The notes under the pieces were generated by a model that worked only from the letters and a program-made list of their open reading frames with translations, was not told where the DNA came from and searched no databases. From positions 64,001 through 128,000 of the forward strand of contig JBDHKN010000001.1 of the NCBI GenBank assembly GCA_039586365.1: DNA of 64,000 nt. Reading direction: 5' to 3'. The translations under genes and the position numbers were made by a program. The DNA comes from Gemmatimonadota bacterium (GTDB lineage: Bacteria > Gemmatimonadota > Gemmatimonadetes > Gemmatimonadales > GWC2-71-9). This document shows positions 47,001-54,675 of the stretch, piece after piece. Within the stretch, counting starts at the first letter, position 1, and each line of letters starts with the position of its first letter.

Positions 47001-47311
47001 CGGCGATCTGCTGTCTCCAAGTGTGCTTCGGTGATAAGGCGACAGAGGTTCGCGTATCCTTGCGGCGTTTCTGCTAAGAGAGTGATGTGTGAGCCGTCGC
47101 GTAGAGTGATTTCAGCGCCAGTGATCGGCTGGATATCCATCTGCTTGGCTGCCTGTGCGAAAATCATCGAGCCATACACACCGTTATGGTCTGTGAGTGC
47201 GAGGGCGGGATAGCCAAGCGCATGAGCTTCTAGGACGAGGTGCTCGGGAAGCGAGCTGCCATCTAAGAAGGAGAAGGCAGAATGGGAATGAAGTTCGATG
47301 TATTGGCTCAC
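44009..47311 (-). CDS. dnaE2: Error-prone DNA polymerase DnaE2 (ImuC)
   Basis: ELHSHSAFSFLDG PHP domain, GRGS, PDIDLDF, HVGGM, KIDFLALGML, FPKSHAA, NNQPMGFY, RQRPGTAKG and C-terminal SRDW tail; GTG 47311 overlaps the upstream stop. Confidence 0.96.
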   Translation of the reverse strand: MSQYIELHSHSAFSFLDGSSLPEHLVLEAHALGYPALALTDHNGVYGSMIFAQAAKQMDIQPITGAEITLRDGSHITLLAETPQGYANLCRLITEAHLETADRRDPRLSFTSLEQRHAGLIILSGCRNGIIPRVLQQEGLKAACQLADRCRAVFGRDSFFVELQRNLVRGDQTLTRTLSNIADTAGLHVVATGNVHYHRRERYRLHDALIAIRNRTTLDTSHDIRRPNCQFYLRTPTAVAAAFHDRPDAIANTLVIAQRCASFDLTKDLGYTFPDFRGSTQQTAARALADLSRTKLEELFSPESPHRAEAESRMEQELKLIEHHGLCGFFLVYHDLLELAREVAADVRRGSQRARGNLLPGRGRGSSVSSVVCYFLGLSHIDPISNRLFLGRFLNESLASVPDIDLDFPRDIREELIRRVYQRYGSEHVGLVCTFPTYRIRSAVRELGKVLDLPRGEIEQIARLVGHSPATELRNELQKLPAFAGRVDAPLWRDLCRLAAEIADLPRHISQHVGGMIISSRPLLELVPLERSAMPDRVVCQWDKDSCDDARFIKIDFLALGMLSLVEESVELIAEREGTPPDLSRIDFTDEAVYDQICTGDTVGTFQIESRAQIQMIRRTRPRNLEDLCVEVAIVRPGPIVGGAVNPFVRRREAQRAACSRNISYEPPLDHPLLKEPLAETLGVIIYQDQVLQVCQALAGFSAGQGEALRRAMSRRRSRELMEGFWEEFRDGAATRGVSEAIAQRVFEQVIAFSEFGFPKSHAAAFGLLAYQSAWLRHYYPIEYYTALFNNQPMGFYSLDALGRDAARHDVEVKLPDINCSSVYCTVEGDAIRIGFSFIRDWGLDVADATVVERERNGPYLSLGDFVRRAPPRLLRDAIENLVWVGGCDSFGLTRRDLLWQVGLWLPPKADRANKNRVRRQLELPLDHPHENLPFGDVPSEERLLAEYQVLGFAASGHPFSLLADALPSEVVRSDQLADSEHNIPVHVAGLVVARQRPGTAKGFTFILLEDEAGMINAIVHPDLYDQCRVTIREEPFIWIVGRLAKDDGTVNVIAEEVRPLRLRHPRLAPLTTPDTSTTPSPYSFLRSLRRSAPGSRDWG

Positions 47312-47649
47312 GGCTTTTGTATATACCAGTCGCCAGTCATCAAATCTTCGTATAGAACCACATGCATTCCTCCATCCAAAACCACTTCTGCATACCATCG
47401 TGAGATCGGTTGCCGCCACCACTCGTCGTCGACTCTCCAAATCTCCAATATGGACTCCACTGCTCTTCCTACTTCTTGTCTGTATCCTTTCTCTCGCTGT
47501 TCCACTGTTCCACTGTTCGGTTGCTGTATGGCGAACACTGCCGTCGGATGTCCCTGACTGTTCAGTTCGACCTTTGCTGGCTGCGGAAGGTTCAAAGGCC
47601 GCAGACGGTCAGCCGGTCCAGGTTTTGGAGGTTTAGGGGTCATAATCAA
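47308..47649 (-). CDS. Small ImuB-C-terminal-like (DUF6504-like) protein
   Basis: LRPLNLPQP..WRVDDEWW..RWYAEV..LYEDL..GDW pattern matches the Trp-rich tail of long ImuB proteins; coupled to imuB and dnaE2. Confidence 0.8.
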   Translation of the reverse strand: MIMTPKPPKPGPADRLRPLNLPQPAKVELNSQGHPTAVFAIQQPNSGTVEQREKGYRQEVGRAVESILEIWRVDDEWWRQPISRWYAEVVLDGGMHVVLYEDLMTGDWYIQKP

Positions 47650-49060
47650 TCAACGCATATCGTCGCTCGGGAAGGCGTGACTGCGGGTGTACTTTGACAA
47701 CTTGGTAGAGTGAGGAATGTCTGAACCTGTTCTTTATCTCACGAACCGCTGCACGAAGCGCCCGTCTGCGTCCCGCACGTGCAGAGCTAGCAGCATCGCG
47801 CGCAAAGAGCTGCAATTCGTCGGTTCCACGAACGAAGGCTGTGAATTCCACTGCAAGAGTTTCCACGGCAGTAGTTGGGGGTGCCTGCTCTAAACGCGTT
47901 TTGAGCGGTGCGGCTATGTGATTTCGATCGGCAGAAGGACACTTCAGATTGACATGTACCTTCCACGAAGTGGCGTGTTCTTGCCGCGCGTGCACGCCTA
48001 CCTGAAGTACGCGCCAGCCGGTACGCTTTGGGTGGCGCAGTGCACGTTCGATTAGCCGGTCCAGGGCATGCAGGAGCATTGCTCGATCCGTGACCGGTGT
48101 GGGAAAATCGATCTCTGCTACTATGGGTTCTAGTGTCTCGTGGCCTACGACTGGGTCAGCTATTTCACCACTCGCCAGCAACCAGAGGTGATGGCCCTCT
48201 CTCCCGAATTGAGAGATGAGGGCGACAGCAGGCAACCGGACCAAAGCTCCGAGTGTTGTGATGCCGAGTTGTCGTAACCGTCTACACGTATCCGGGTCGA
48301 TGGGTAGAACCTCGACCGGCTGTGACGCCAGGAAACCAGCCCGTTCTGTGTCAGGGACAATGGTTGCCTCTCCTTGCTTAGCTTTGGTTGCGGCCACCCC
48401 GGCGACGAACTTCCCCCGGGCCCAACCCAGGCGGATCCCCTCCCAACGCGACCACACAGGACGGTCAGTGGTGGAAAATGACGGCAAGGAGTGATAAGGG
48501 CACCTATTGCCAGCTACCGTCATGTGACCGCCCTTTACCGCCCTTGCTATGGCATTAACCTGCTCCTGAGGTGACCCGTTTAGCCCCTCGAGACCATCCA
48601 CCCCGATGAACACCCGTCCCAACTCCGCCGGCTCGATTACAGGGCTCACATCACCGAGTGCCAAGATCAGGTTGGAAAACTGCTCGTCGTAATAAACGGG
48701 ATCGGGTTCGCGGAGTTTGATTTGAGGGCAAAGCCCTACTGCTTGGCTCACGGTCATGCCGGGCCTAATGCCAGCGCGACGGGCTTGGGGTGAGGTCTCC
48801 CATATCCGGCGGGCGTCATCGTTGGAAAGAAGAGCTACCGCCTGGCCATACAGTTCCGGCTGGCGCTGTACCTCACAGCGGATAGCGAACAGGGGGATCC
48901 AGAGGCAGACCGCGTGTTCACTGGACAACCCTGCCGTGCCAACCTTGCCACTGTCCCTCCCCAGGTGGGGGGGGATAGCAGGCGGGAAGGGACGGTAGGT
49001 GATGGGTGGTCCCTTGCCGTCTCTTGCCGTCCTCTTACCCACCATTACCGTCTCGTTCAC
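47633..49060 (-). CDS. imuB: Inactive Y-family polymerase ImuB
   Basis: CLWIPLF..PEL, ARRAGIRPGMTVSQAVGLCP and LRQLGITTLG HhH; catalytic acidic residues absent; LQLF clamp motif. Confidence 0.88.
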   Translation of the reverse strand: MNETVMVGKRTARDGKGPPITYRPFPPAIPPHLGRDSGKVGTAGLSSEHAVCLWIPLFAIRCEVQRQPELYGQAVALLSNDDARRIWETSPQARRAGIRPGMTVSQAVGLCPQIKLREPDPVYYDEQFSNLILALGDVSPVIEPAELGRVFIGVDGLEGLNGSPQEQVNAIARAVKGGHMTVAGNRCPYHSLPSFSTTDRPVWSRWEGIRLGWARGKFVAGVAATKAKQGEATIVPDTERAGFLASQPVEVLPIDPDTCRRLRQLGITTLGALVRLPAVALISQFGREGHHLWLLASGEIADPVVGHETLEPIVAEIDFPTPVTDRAMLLHALDRLIERALRHPKRTGWRVLQVGVHARQEHATSWKVHVNLKCPSADRNHIAAPLKTRLEQAPPTTAVETLAVEFTAFVRGTDELQLFARDAASSARAGRRRALRAAVREIKNRFRHSSLYQVVKVHPQSRLPERRYALIDYDP

Positions 49061-50082
49061 AGCAGGCTCAATTGCATTTTCTGTTTTACCACTCGATGTT
49101 CTCTCACCTGCAACGGGTCGTCTGGATCAATCCCATGCTTCCGTGCAATTCGCTGAAACCGGCGCTGGACTGCAGTGACGTAGCTGGATGGTGCGTCCCA
49201 GTTACCTCGGTATGCCACACGGTATCGTGGGATGAGATTCGGGAAATGCTGTGCGATGATTGATAAGAAGTGGTCTCGCGCTGCCGGATAGAAGCGCAAC
49301 ACCGAGGGGTGTACGAAAGCAGTATCTGCTGCACGTGCCGCAAGCATGAGAGCATCGATCTGAAAAACGGAGTCCGTGACGCCTGGTAGGATTGGCGCGG
49401 CGTTGATCCCTGCTCTGATACCCGCCTTGTTCAGCTTCTGGAGGGTACGAAGCCTTGCGTGGGGCATGGATGCGCGGGGCTCGAACAGCTTGATAGTCCG
49501 TATGTCCGTACTGATTAGAGAGATATAGACCGTCACGCGGTGTCTGCGTCCCAATTCGCCTAGTAGGTCGGTGTCGCGGCAGATGAGGGGACTCTTAGTA
49601 ATGATTCCGATGGCCAGGCCACGGGCATCTAAAAACCTCTCGACGATTGCTCGCGTGATTTGAAACCGTCGCTCGGCTGGCTGATAGGGATCAGTCGCAG
49701 TTCCGATGATGATAGGGTGAGGATCGTCAAGAGTGTTCTTCAAGTGGATCCGGACGAGATCGCGCTCGAGTGCAGTCAGAACAGCTTGGCGTCGTTTGAC
49801 GAAGATGTGTCTTTCGAACATCTCCCAATTTCCTGAAGCTCGAAACTGAGCGACCGCTTCTGTGGAGGCCTTTCCAGCGTAATGTGCGCGTTCCACCGCA
49901 TACCGGTGTGTAACGCGGGCGTAGCAATAGGTACAGCCGAACTCGCAGCCTATGTAAGGATTGATCGACCAAAAGCCCATGCCAGTGCTTGCGGGGGAGT
50001 TAACGACCGACTTGACCTCGTGTTCGAGGAAGGTGACACTGCAGTGGCGTTGGTCGTATGCTGGGCGTCCCCTGTTACCCAC
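49057..50082 (-). CDS. Radical SAM protein of the SplB/Rv2578c-like DNA-repair family
   Basis: SINPYIGCEFGCTYCYAR, GTATDPYQPAE, ITKSPLI..D, FEP and APILPG; C-terminal QLSLL; GTG 50082 follows GGGGGA. Confidence 0.9.
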   Translation of the reverse strand: MGNRGRPAYDQRHCSVTFLEHEVKSVVNSPASTGMGFWSINPYIGCEFGCTYCYARVTHRYAVERAHYAGKASTEAVAQFRASGNWEMFERHIFVKRRQAVLTALERDLVRIHLKNTLDDPHPIIIGTATDPYQPAERRFQITRAIVERFLDARGLAIGIITKSPLICRDTDLLGELGRRHRVTVYISLISTDIRTIKLFEPRASMPHARLRTLQKLNKAGIRAGINAAPILPGVTDSVFQIDALMLAARAADTAFVHPSVLRFYPAARDHFLSIIAQHFPNLIPRYRVAYRGNWDAPSSYVTAVQRRFQRIARKHGIDPDDPLQVREHRVVKQKMQLSLL

Positions 50083-50263
50083 ATTTCCCCCATCCACACG
50101 CGGGGCAGACGAAACATCCGGAGGCCGGATACACAGTACTGCCACAGTCCGGACACAGATGTGCAGGGTTCCAGCCAGGAGGTTGGTCAACCTCTTTGGT
50201 GTTGGAGACAGGCGAAGATGGGCTAGGTGACTTCGTTTGTGTGTTCGGGTAAACTTCGGTCAT
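50075..50263 (-). CDS. Small zinc-ribbon protein resembling the C-terminal Cys motif of class II ribonucleotide reductases
   Basis: CPDCGSTVYPASGCFVCPACGWGKCG (six Cys); leaderless ATG; 8-nt overlap with the radical SAM gene. Confidence 0.75.
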   Translation of the reverse strand: MTEVYPNTQTKSPSPSSPVSNTKEVDQPPGWNPAHLCPDCGSTVYPASGCFVCPACGWGKCG

Positions 50264-50297
50264 ATACCGAATATATACCGAATATACCTTGGCGCAA
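50244..50297 (-). promoter_or_regulatory. Leaderless sigma-70-type promoter (TTGCGC-N16-TATATT-N6-ATG) overlapped by a four-half-site operator (putative LexA/SOS box)
   Basis: Plus strand reads TTCGG(50244)-N6-TTCGG(50255)-N7-CCGAA(50267)-N6-CCGAA(50278), symmetric about the start codon. Confidence 0.7.
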
Positions 50298-50438
50298 GAT
50301 GCGCCTTATGTGGTTATTTTAAATGAACTTACGCACTGTTGTTGCGTTCATGCTGTTGCCTGACGAGATTCCGCCCCCTTGACAGTAAGTGCGTCGGATA
50401 TCTGGGAAAGCCGTAATAACTCCACCACGATTGAGCCA

Positions 50439-51611
50439 ATGACAGGGCGTCTACTGCCACCATCGAAAACCGCCGCATCTTTTGCCAGCCACCCACTGGT
50501 GCGTGCGGTAGCGGTTCTGGTACTGCTTTTCGTGTTTCTGGTGGGAGTCAATGGCCTGAGCGATGGGTTCAAGTCGCTTGGCAGCGACATACTGGATTCG
50601 TTCTTCGCCGCAACCGAAAATCCGTTCGTGGCGCTGATGGTGGGTATTCTTGCCACCACCTTGGTGCAGAGTTCTTCGGTCACGACGTCAATGATCGTCG
50701 CGTTTGTAGCGGCACCGGAGAATCCCCTCCCAATAGCCAACGCCGTACCAATGGTGATGGGTGCCAACATCGGCACTACGGTGACGAATACGATAGTCTC
50801 CCTCGCCCACATGAGACGGCCGGATGAGTTTCGCCGTGCTTTCTCGGTAGCCACCTGCCACGACTTCTTCAACTTCTTTGCCGTGGCCGTACTCTTACCG
50901 CTGGAGATGCTGACGGGGTATCTGCGGCACGCAGCTACTATCCTTTCGTCGTTCCTCACTGGGCTTGGTGGAATGGAGTACGACAGTCCGATCAAAGGGG
51001 CTCTAAAAGCTGCACTGACGCCTATCAAACAGCTGATAGCCACGGTTTTTGAGCCGCCGAAGCTGGAGGCCGTCATTTTGATAGTTGTCTGTGCTCTTTT
51101 GATCTTTGGAGCCCTGATGTCCCTTGTTAAGGTCCTACGTTCTATTATGGAGACACGTGTTGAGTCGATCGTCGCCGGGGCTCTGGAACGTAACGCCATG
51201 GTGTTGATGAGTGTGGGACTGGTAGTGACGGCGCTGGTTCAATCGAGTTCTATCACCACGTCGCTCTTGGTGCCGCTAGCAGGCGCTGGGCTCCTCACGG
51301 TTGAGCGTGCATTCCCGATCACCATCGGGGCTAACATAGGGACGACTGTTACGGCACTTCTCGCCGCGTTGGCCGCAGCCGGAGTGAACGCCCGGGCAGG
51401 TGTAACGATTGCACTGGTGCACCTCTTGTTCAATATCAGTGGGACTCTATTGATTTATCCTGTGGAGAGGATTCGGAGCATCCCGATAACAGCGGCCAAG
51501 CGACTGGCAGGTCTGGCGGTGAGATCTCGTCGTTGGGCCCTGATCTATGTTGTCGTGTTGTTTTACGCACTTCCGGCGCTTTTTGCCATTGCTAACAGGC
51601 TGTTCAAGTAG
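50439..51611 (+). CDS. Na+/Pi cotransporter (NptA/SLC34-like)
   Basis: Two repeats of LVQSSS and GANIGTTVT; multiple TM helices. Confidence 0.93.
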   Translation: MTGRLLPPSKTAASFASHPLVRAVAVLVLLFVFLVGVNGLSDGFKSLGSDILDSFFAATENPFVALMVGILATTLVQSSSVTTSMIVAFVAAPENPLPIANAVPMVMGANIGTTVTNTIVSLAHMRRPDEFRRAFSVATCHDFFNFFAVAVLLPLEMLTGYLRHAATILSSFLTGLGGMEYDSPIKGALKAALTPIKQLIATVFEPPKLEAVILIVVCALLIFGALMSLVKVLRSIMETRVESIVAGALERNAMVLMSVGLVVTALVQSSSITTSLLVPLAGAGLLTVERAFPITIGANIGTTVTALLAALAAAGVNARAGVTIALVHLLFNISGTLLIYPVERIRSIPITAAKRLAGLAVRSRRWALIYVVVLFYALPALFAIANRLFK

Positions 51612-51625
51612 TCTTGGGGGCAAGT

Positions 51626-52321
51626 ATGCTGCGTGAGTTGATCAAGATCTTCCGCGCCGAGGAACCGCTCGGGAAGATGGGTACGAATTTCGCTCAGATG
51701 CTCAAGATCACTTTTGAGACCACCGTGAGAGCTGGCGATATCTATTTTGGTAAGCCAGCGACACCGGAGGAACGAACCTGGATCTACAAACAGGACGTGA
51801 AGGTCAACAAGCTGCAGCGGAAGATCCGCAAGCAGGTAATCGCTCATCTTTCCCTGGCGGGCAACGCCCTTGACCTGCCGTACTGCTTGCTCATCATGAG
51901 CCTGGTCAAGGACGTGGAGCGGCTGGGAGACTACGCCAAGAACCTGTCGGAGATTGTAGATGCCCACTCTGGCCCTCTGCCTGACGATGAGATCGTTGCA
52001 GAACTTCGGGAGATCCGTTCAGGTGTTGAGGCGGCGTTCCAGGTAGTGGCGGAAGTCTTCCAGCAGTCCGATACCGAGCGAGCGGTCGAACTGATACGCC
52101 AGGGTCAGGATCTTGCCCGAAGGTGTGATATGCTGGTTGTGAGAATTGCTCGCAGCGACCATCTTGCTGGTCCGACAACCGCGCTTGCCTTGGGGACCCG
52201 GTTCTACAAGCGAATCGGTGGTCATGTCCTCAATGTCCTCTCTAGTGTCGTGATGCCACTCCACAAGCTGGATTACTATGATGAGGACGCTGTCCCACCT
52301 GAGTACCGTACTCAGGCTTAG
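51626..52321 (+). CDS. PhoU-domain protein
   Basis: DVKVNKLQRKIRK, KDVERLGDYAKN and KRIGGHVLN PhoU repeats; follows the Na/Pi symporter. Confidence 0.88.
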   Translation: MLRELIKIFRAEEPLGKMGTNFAQMLKITFETTVRAGDIYFGKPATPEERTWIYKQDVKVNKLQRKIRKQVIAHLSLAGNALDLPYCLLIMSLVKDVERLGDYAKNLSEIVDAHSGPLPDDEIVAELREIRSGVEAAFQVVAEVFQQSDTERAVELIRQGQDLARRCDMLVVRIARSDHLAGPTTALALGTRFYKRIGGHVLNVLSSVVMPLHKLDYYDEDAVPPEYRTQA

Positions 52322-54675
52322 TTCGCTGTCCTCTCAGTACCGTCACCAAACAGGGCAGCCAAGACCTGAGGGGTCGGCCTACTCCTCCTAGCGGGCGGTA
52401 GCTCGTCGAGGCACTGGGTGAGCGTTTTGTGGCCCGACTGAGCCGCAAGTAGGCCAGCGAGTTCTCGCTCTCCGCCTACGGTAAGACCCGCATGTACCCG
52501 GTCAAGCAATCGATCCAGGATGTAGAGCCGTCGATAATCCCGCAGTCCACTTGCTATGTATGCCTCGCCCATGATGTTTCGGCCCAGACGGCGCGCAGCC
52601 GGATTGACTGGACCAACCTCGAAATCGGCCAGTCTGCGACGCACGAGGTTCAGGAATCCCGCCACCAGCTCGTTAGGCGGTGCAGCCGGAGATAGCTCGG
52701 CTGACAGCAGTCGTCGCAGAATTGTGTCGGCCAGTGCGTAGTCGGTCTCCAGTTGGAGCGGCTGGTTGCGGAGCACGATTAGCTCAGGAATGTCACTGCC
52801 GTCGACTGCCCAGCGGATTGCGAGCGCAGCGGCCAAAGGACCCTGCACAACCGCGAATGCTGGACGCGTCCCGCTCTCTGCTCGAACTGCCCCGCGTCCC
52901 AACCGCTCTCTGTCCTCCAACATCACGTTTATCAGGTGACCCTTTCCCACCAATGTCGTCGCTGGTACACCCACCCCAAGTTGACAGCGGGCCTTTTCAG
53001 CCAGGCGGGCCTCGATTTGCAGACGTCTGTCAATTGCGTGTGGCGGGGCGAACCAGCAGACGTCCGCCACTCCATGTTTTGAACCCAACCGCACCACACG
53101 GCCAATACGCTGCTCGAGAGTGAGAGGTGTCCACGGAAGGTCGTAGTGCACGACGCCATCCGCGTCCTGTAGGTCGAGGCCCTCGCTGGCGAAATCTGTG
53201 GCAATGAGGGTGGTCACTCGCGTAGCCGTGTGAGGCTCGGGCATTCGACGTGCCTTCGGCGCAAAGAGAGCTAGTGCCTCTTCTACTGGTATTCGGCCGG
53301 ATGCAATCCAGCCCTTGCCCGCTCCTACCACCGCGACGCGGTGCCAACTCAGGCTATGTGCTAGGTCTAGCGCCGTAGCCACAGCAGCCGTGAACACAAT
53401 CGTCTTGTGATCTCGCCTCCGCTTGATCAGCCGAGCGAGGACGGTAGCCTTGGGATCAGCACCACTCTTGCTCGGCAGCTCCTTCAACAGATTGCTCAGT
53501 CTACTCCGCTCTCGGTCCAGCGATTCCAGATCTACGTCCGTGAGTGAATGTCGCTCGGCTAGATCACAGAGTTGCAGCTGCAGTTCGTACTCGGAACCGA
53601 AGATCCGGCGCGCCCGGGCTCGTGATAGCTGGTTGCCAGATCGGGCTTCCTGCAAGGCCCGCTCAATGTAGACGAGATGTTTTCGTACGGTCTGGCGAAA
53701 GGCAGTCGCGGAGGAGGCGAGCCGGAATAGCAAGTGTAGTCTCAATAAAGCAGCTGCTTGCTTTTCGCTTGTTGGCGGGAACTCTAGTGCATCTGTCATC
53801 CGGAGCAAGCTGGTTAGTTTTCCCGGCGTAACGGGCGGTGGTCGCATGATCGCTCCATCCCTCACTGCGGGAGGCAGGTGAGAGGCGGTGTCCAGCGTGC
53901 TGCGTGAGCGAGCAACAATAGCCGGCGCCGTCGCTCTCCCGAGCTCTCGATAAACGCGCGCTCCAGTTGCAGCCTCCAATGAACGGACTCCAAACAAGGC
54001 GAACGCGTGATCAGCTGCAAAGAGCCGCAGCAAGTTCACCAAATCTGCCGCTCGGTTGACCACGGGCGTAGCGGTGAGGAGTAGGACATGCGCCAACTTG
54101 ACAGCCCGGGCTAGCGTGTCATAGCGGCGCGTCAATGGGTTCCGGAATCGGTGCGCCTCATCAACTATGAGGAGCTCTGATGGTGGTATGTAGCATCCGT
54201 GGCTCAGTGCCTCATGTGATAACAAAGACACAGTGCTGCTGCCGACTCCTTCGCATGCGCGACGCCATTGTGGTAGGATCGCGGCAGGTACGAGTGCCGT
54301 TGCTGTTCTGTAGGTCGTAGCGATGGCGAGGGCCACATAGGTCTTCCCCAACCCGACAGCGTCAGCGACGAGCGCACCGCGTAGAGCTAGCAGGCTGGCG
54401 CGGGCTCTCCGGGCCGCCTGTCCCTGGTGGAGCATCAGCCAACGAGGGGGCTGCCACTCGGTATCGATGGGACCGAGTGCCGCGGCCCGGAGCGCTGCCT
54501 CAAGTTTATGTGGCGCGACTTGGTACCCAAGATCGATGTTCCAAAGCAATGGCTCGCAGACGGCGTGCAGCTGCTCAGCCGTGATGCGTGGCCACTGAAC
54601 GAAGGAAGCGGCGCGCCTTGGCTGATAGCCCGAGTGCGTCGGCGACGGCCTCGTCCAGGTCAGTGTTACTGACAT
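52318..54675 (-). CDS. SNF2-family helicase/ATPase; start uncertain
   Basis: LVADAVGLGKT, IVDEAHRFRN, LLTATPVVN and ATDFASEGLDLQ..VHYDLPWTPLTLEQRIGRVVR. Confidence 0.9.
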   Translation of the reverse strand: MSVTLTWTRPSPTHSGYQPRRAASFVQWPRITAEQLHAVCEPLLWNIDLGYQVAPHKLEAALRAAALGPIDTEWQPPRWLMLHQGQAARRARASLLALRGALVADAVGLGKTYVALAIATTYRTATALVPAAILPQWRRACEGVGSSTVSLLSHEALSHGCYIPPSELLIVDEAHRFRNPLTRRYDTLARAVKLAHVLLLTATPVVNRAADLVNLLRLFAADHAFALFGVRSLEAATGARVYRELGRATAPAIVARSRSTLDTASHLPPAVRDGAIMRPPPVTPGKLTSLLRMTDALEFPPTSEKQAAALLRLHLLFRLASSATAFRQTVRKHLVYIERALQEARSGNQLSRARARRIFGSEYELQLQLCDLAERHSLTDVDLESLDRERSRLSNLLKELPSKSGADPKATVLARLIKRRRDHKTIVFTAAVATALDLAHSLSWHRVAVVGAGKGWIASGRIPVEEALALFAPKARRMPEPHTATRVTTLIATDFASEGLDLQDADGVVHYDLPWTPLTLEQRIGRVVRLGSKHGVADVCWFAPPHAIDRRLQIEARLAEKARCQLGVGVPATTLVGKGHLINVMLEDRERLGRGAVRAESGTRPAFAVVQGPLAAALAIRWAVDGSDIPELIVLRNQPLQLETDYALADTILRRLLSAELSPAAPPNELVAGFLNLVRRRLADFEVGPVNPAARRLGRNIMGEAYIASGLRDYRRLYILDRLLDRVHAGLTVGGERELAGLLAAQSGHKTLTQCLDELPPARRSRPTPQVLAALFGDGTERTAN

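Noticed and set aside
47312..47440. N-terminal extension of DnaE2 from 47440
   Set aside because: Overlaps the upstream small gene; the PHP motif begins right after GTG 47311.
50083..50190. N-terminal extension of the radical SAM ORF from ATG 50190
   Set aside because: Overlaps the Zn-ribbon gene in another frame; GTG 50082 with a purine-rich RBS fits better.
50348..51199. 283-aa minus-strand ORF upstream of the mutasome operon, considered as imuA or lexA
   Set aside because: Antisense to the Na/Pi symporter; no P-loop/RecA or LexA features.
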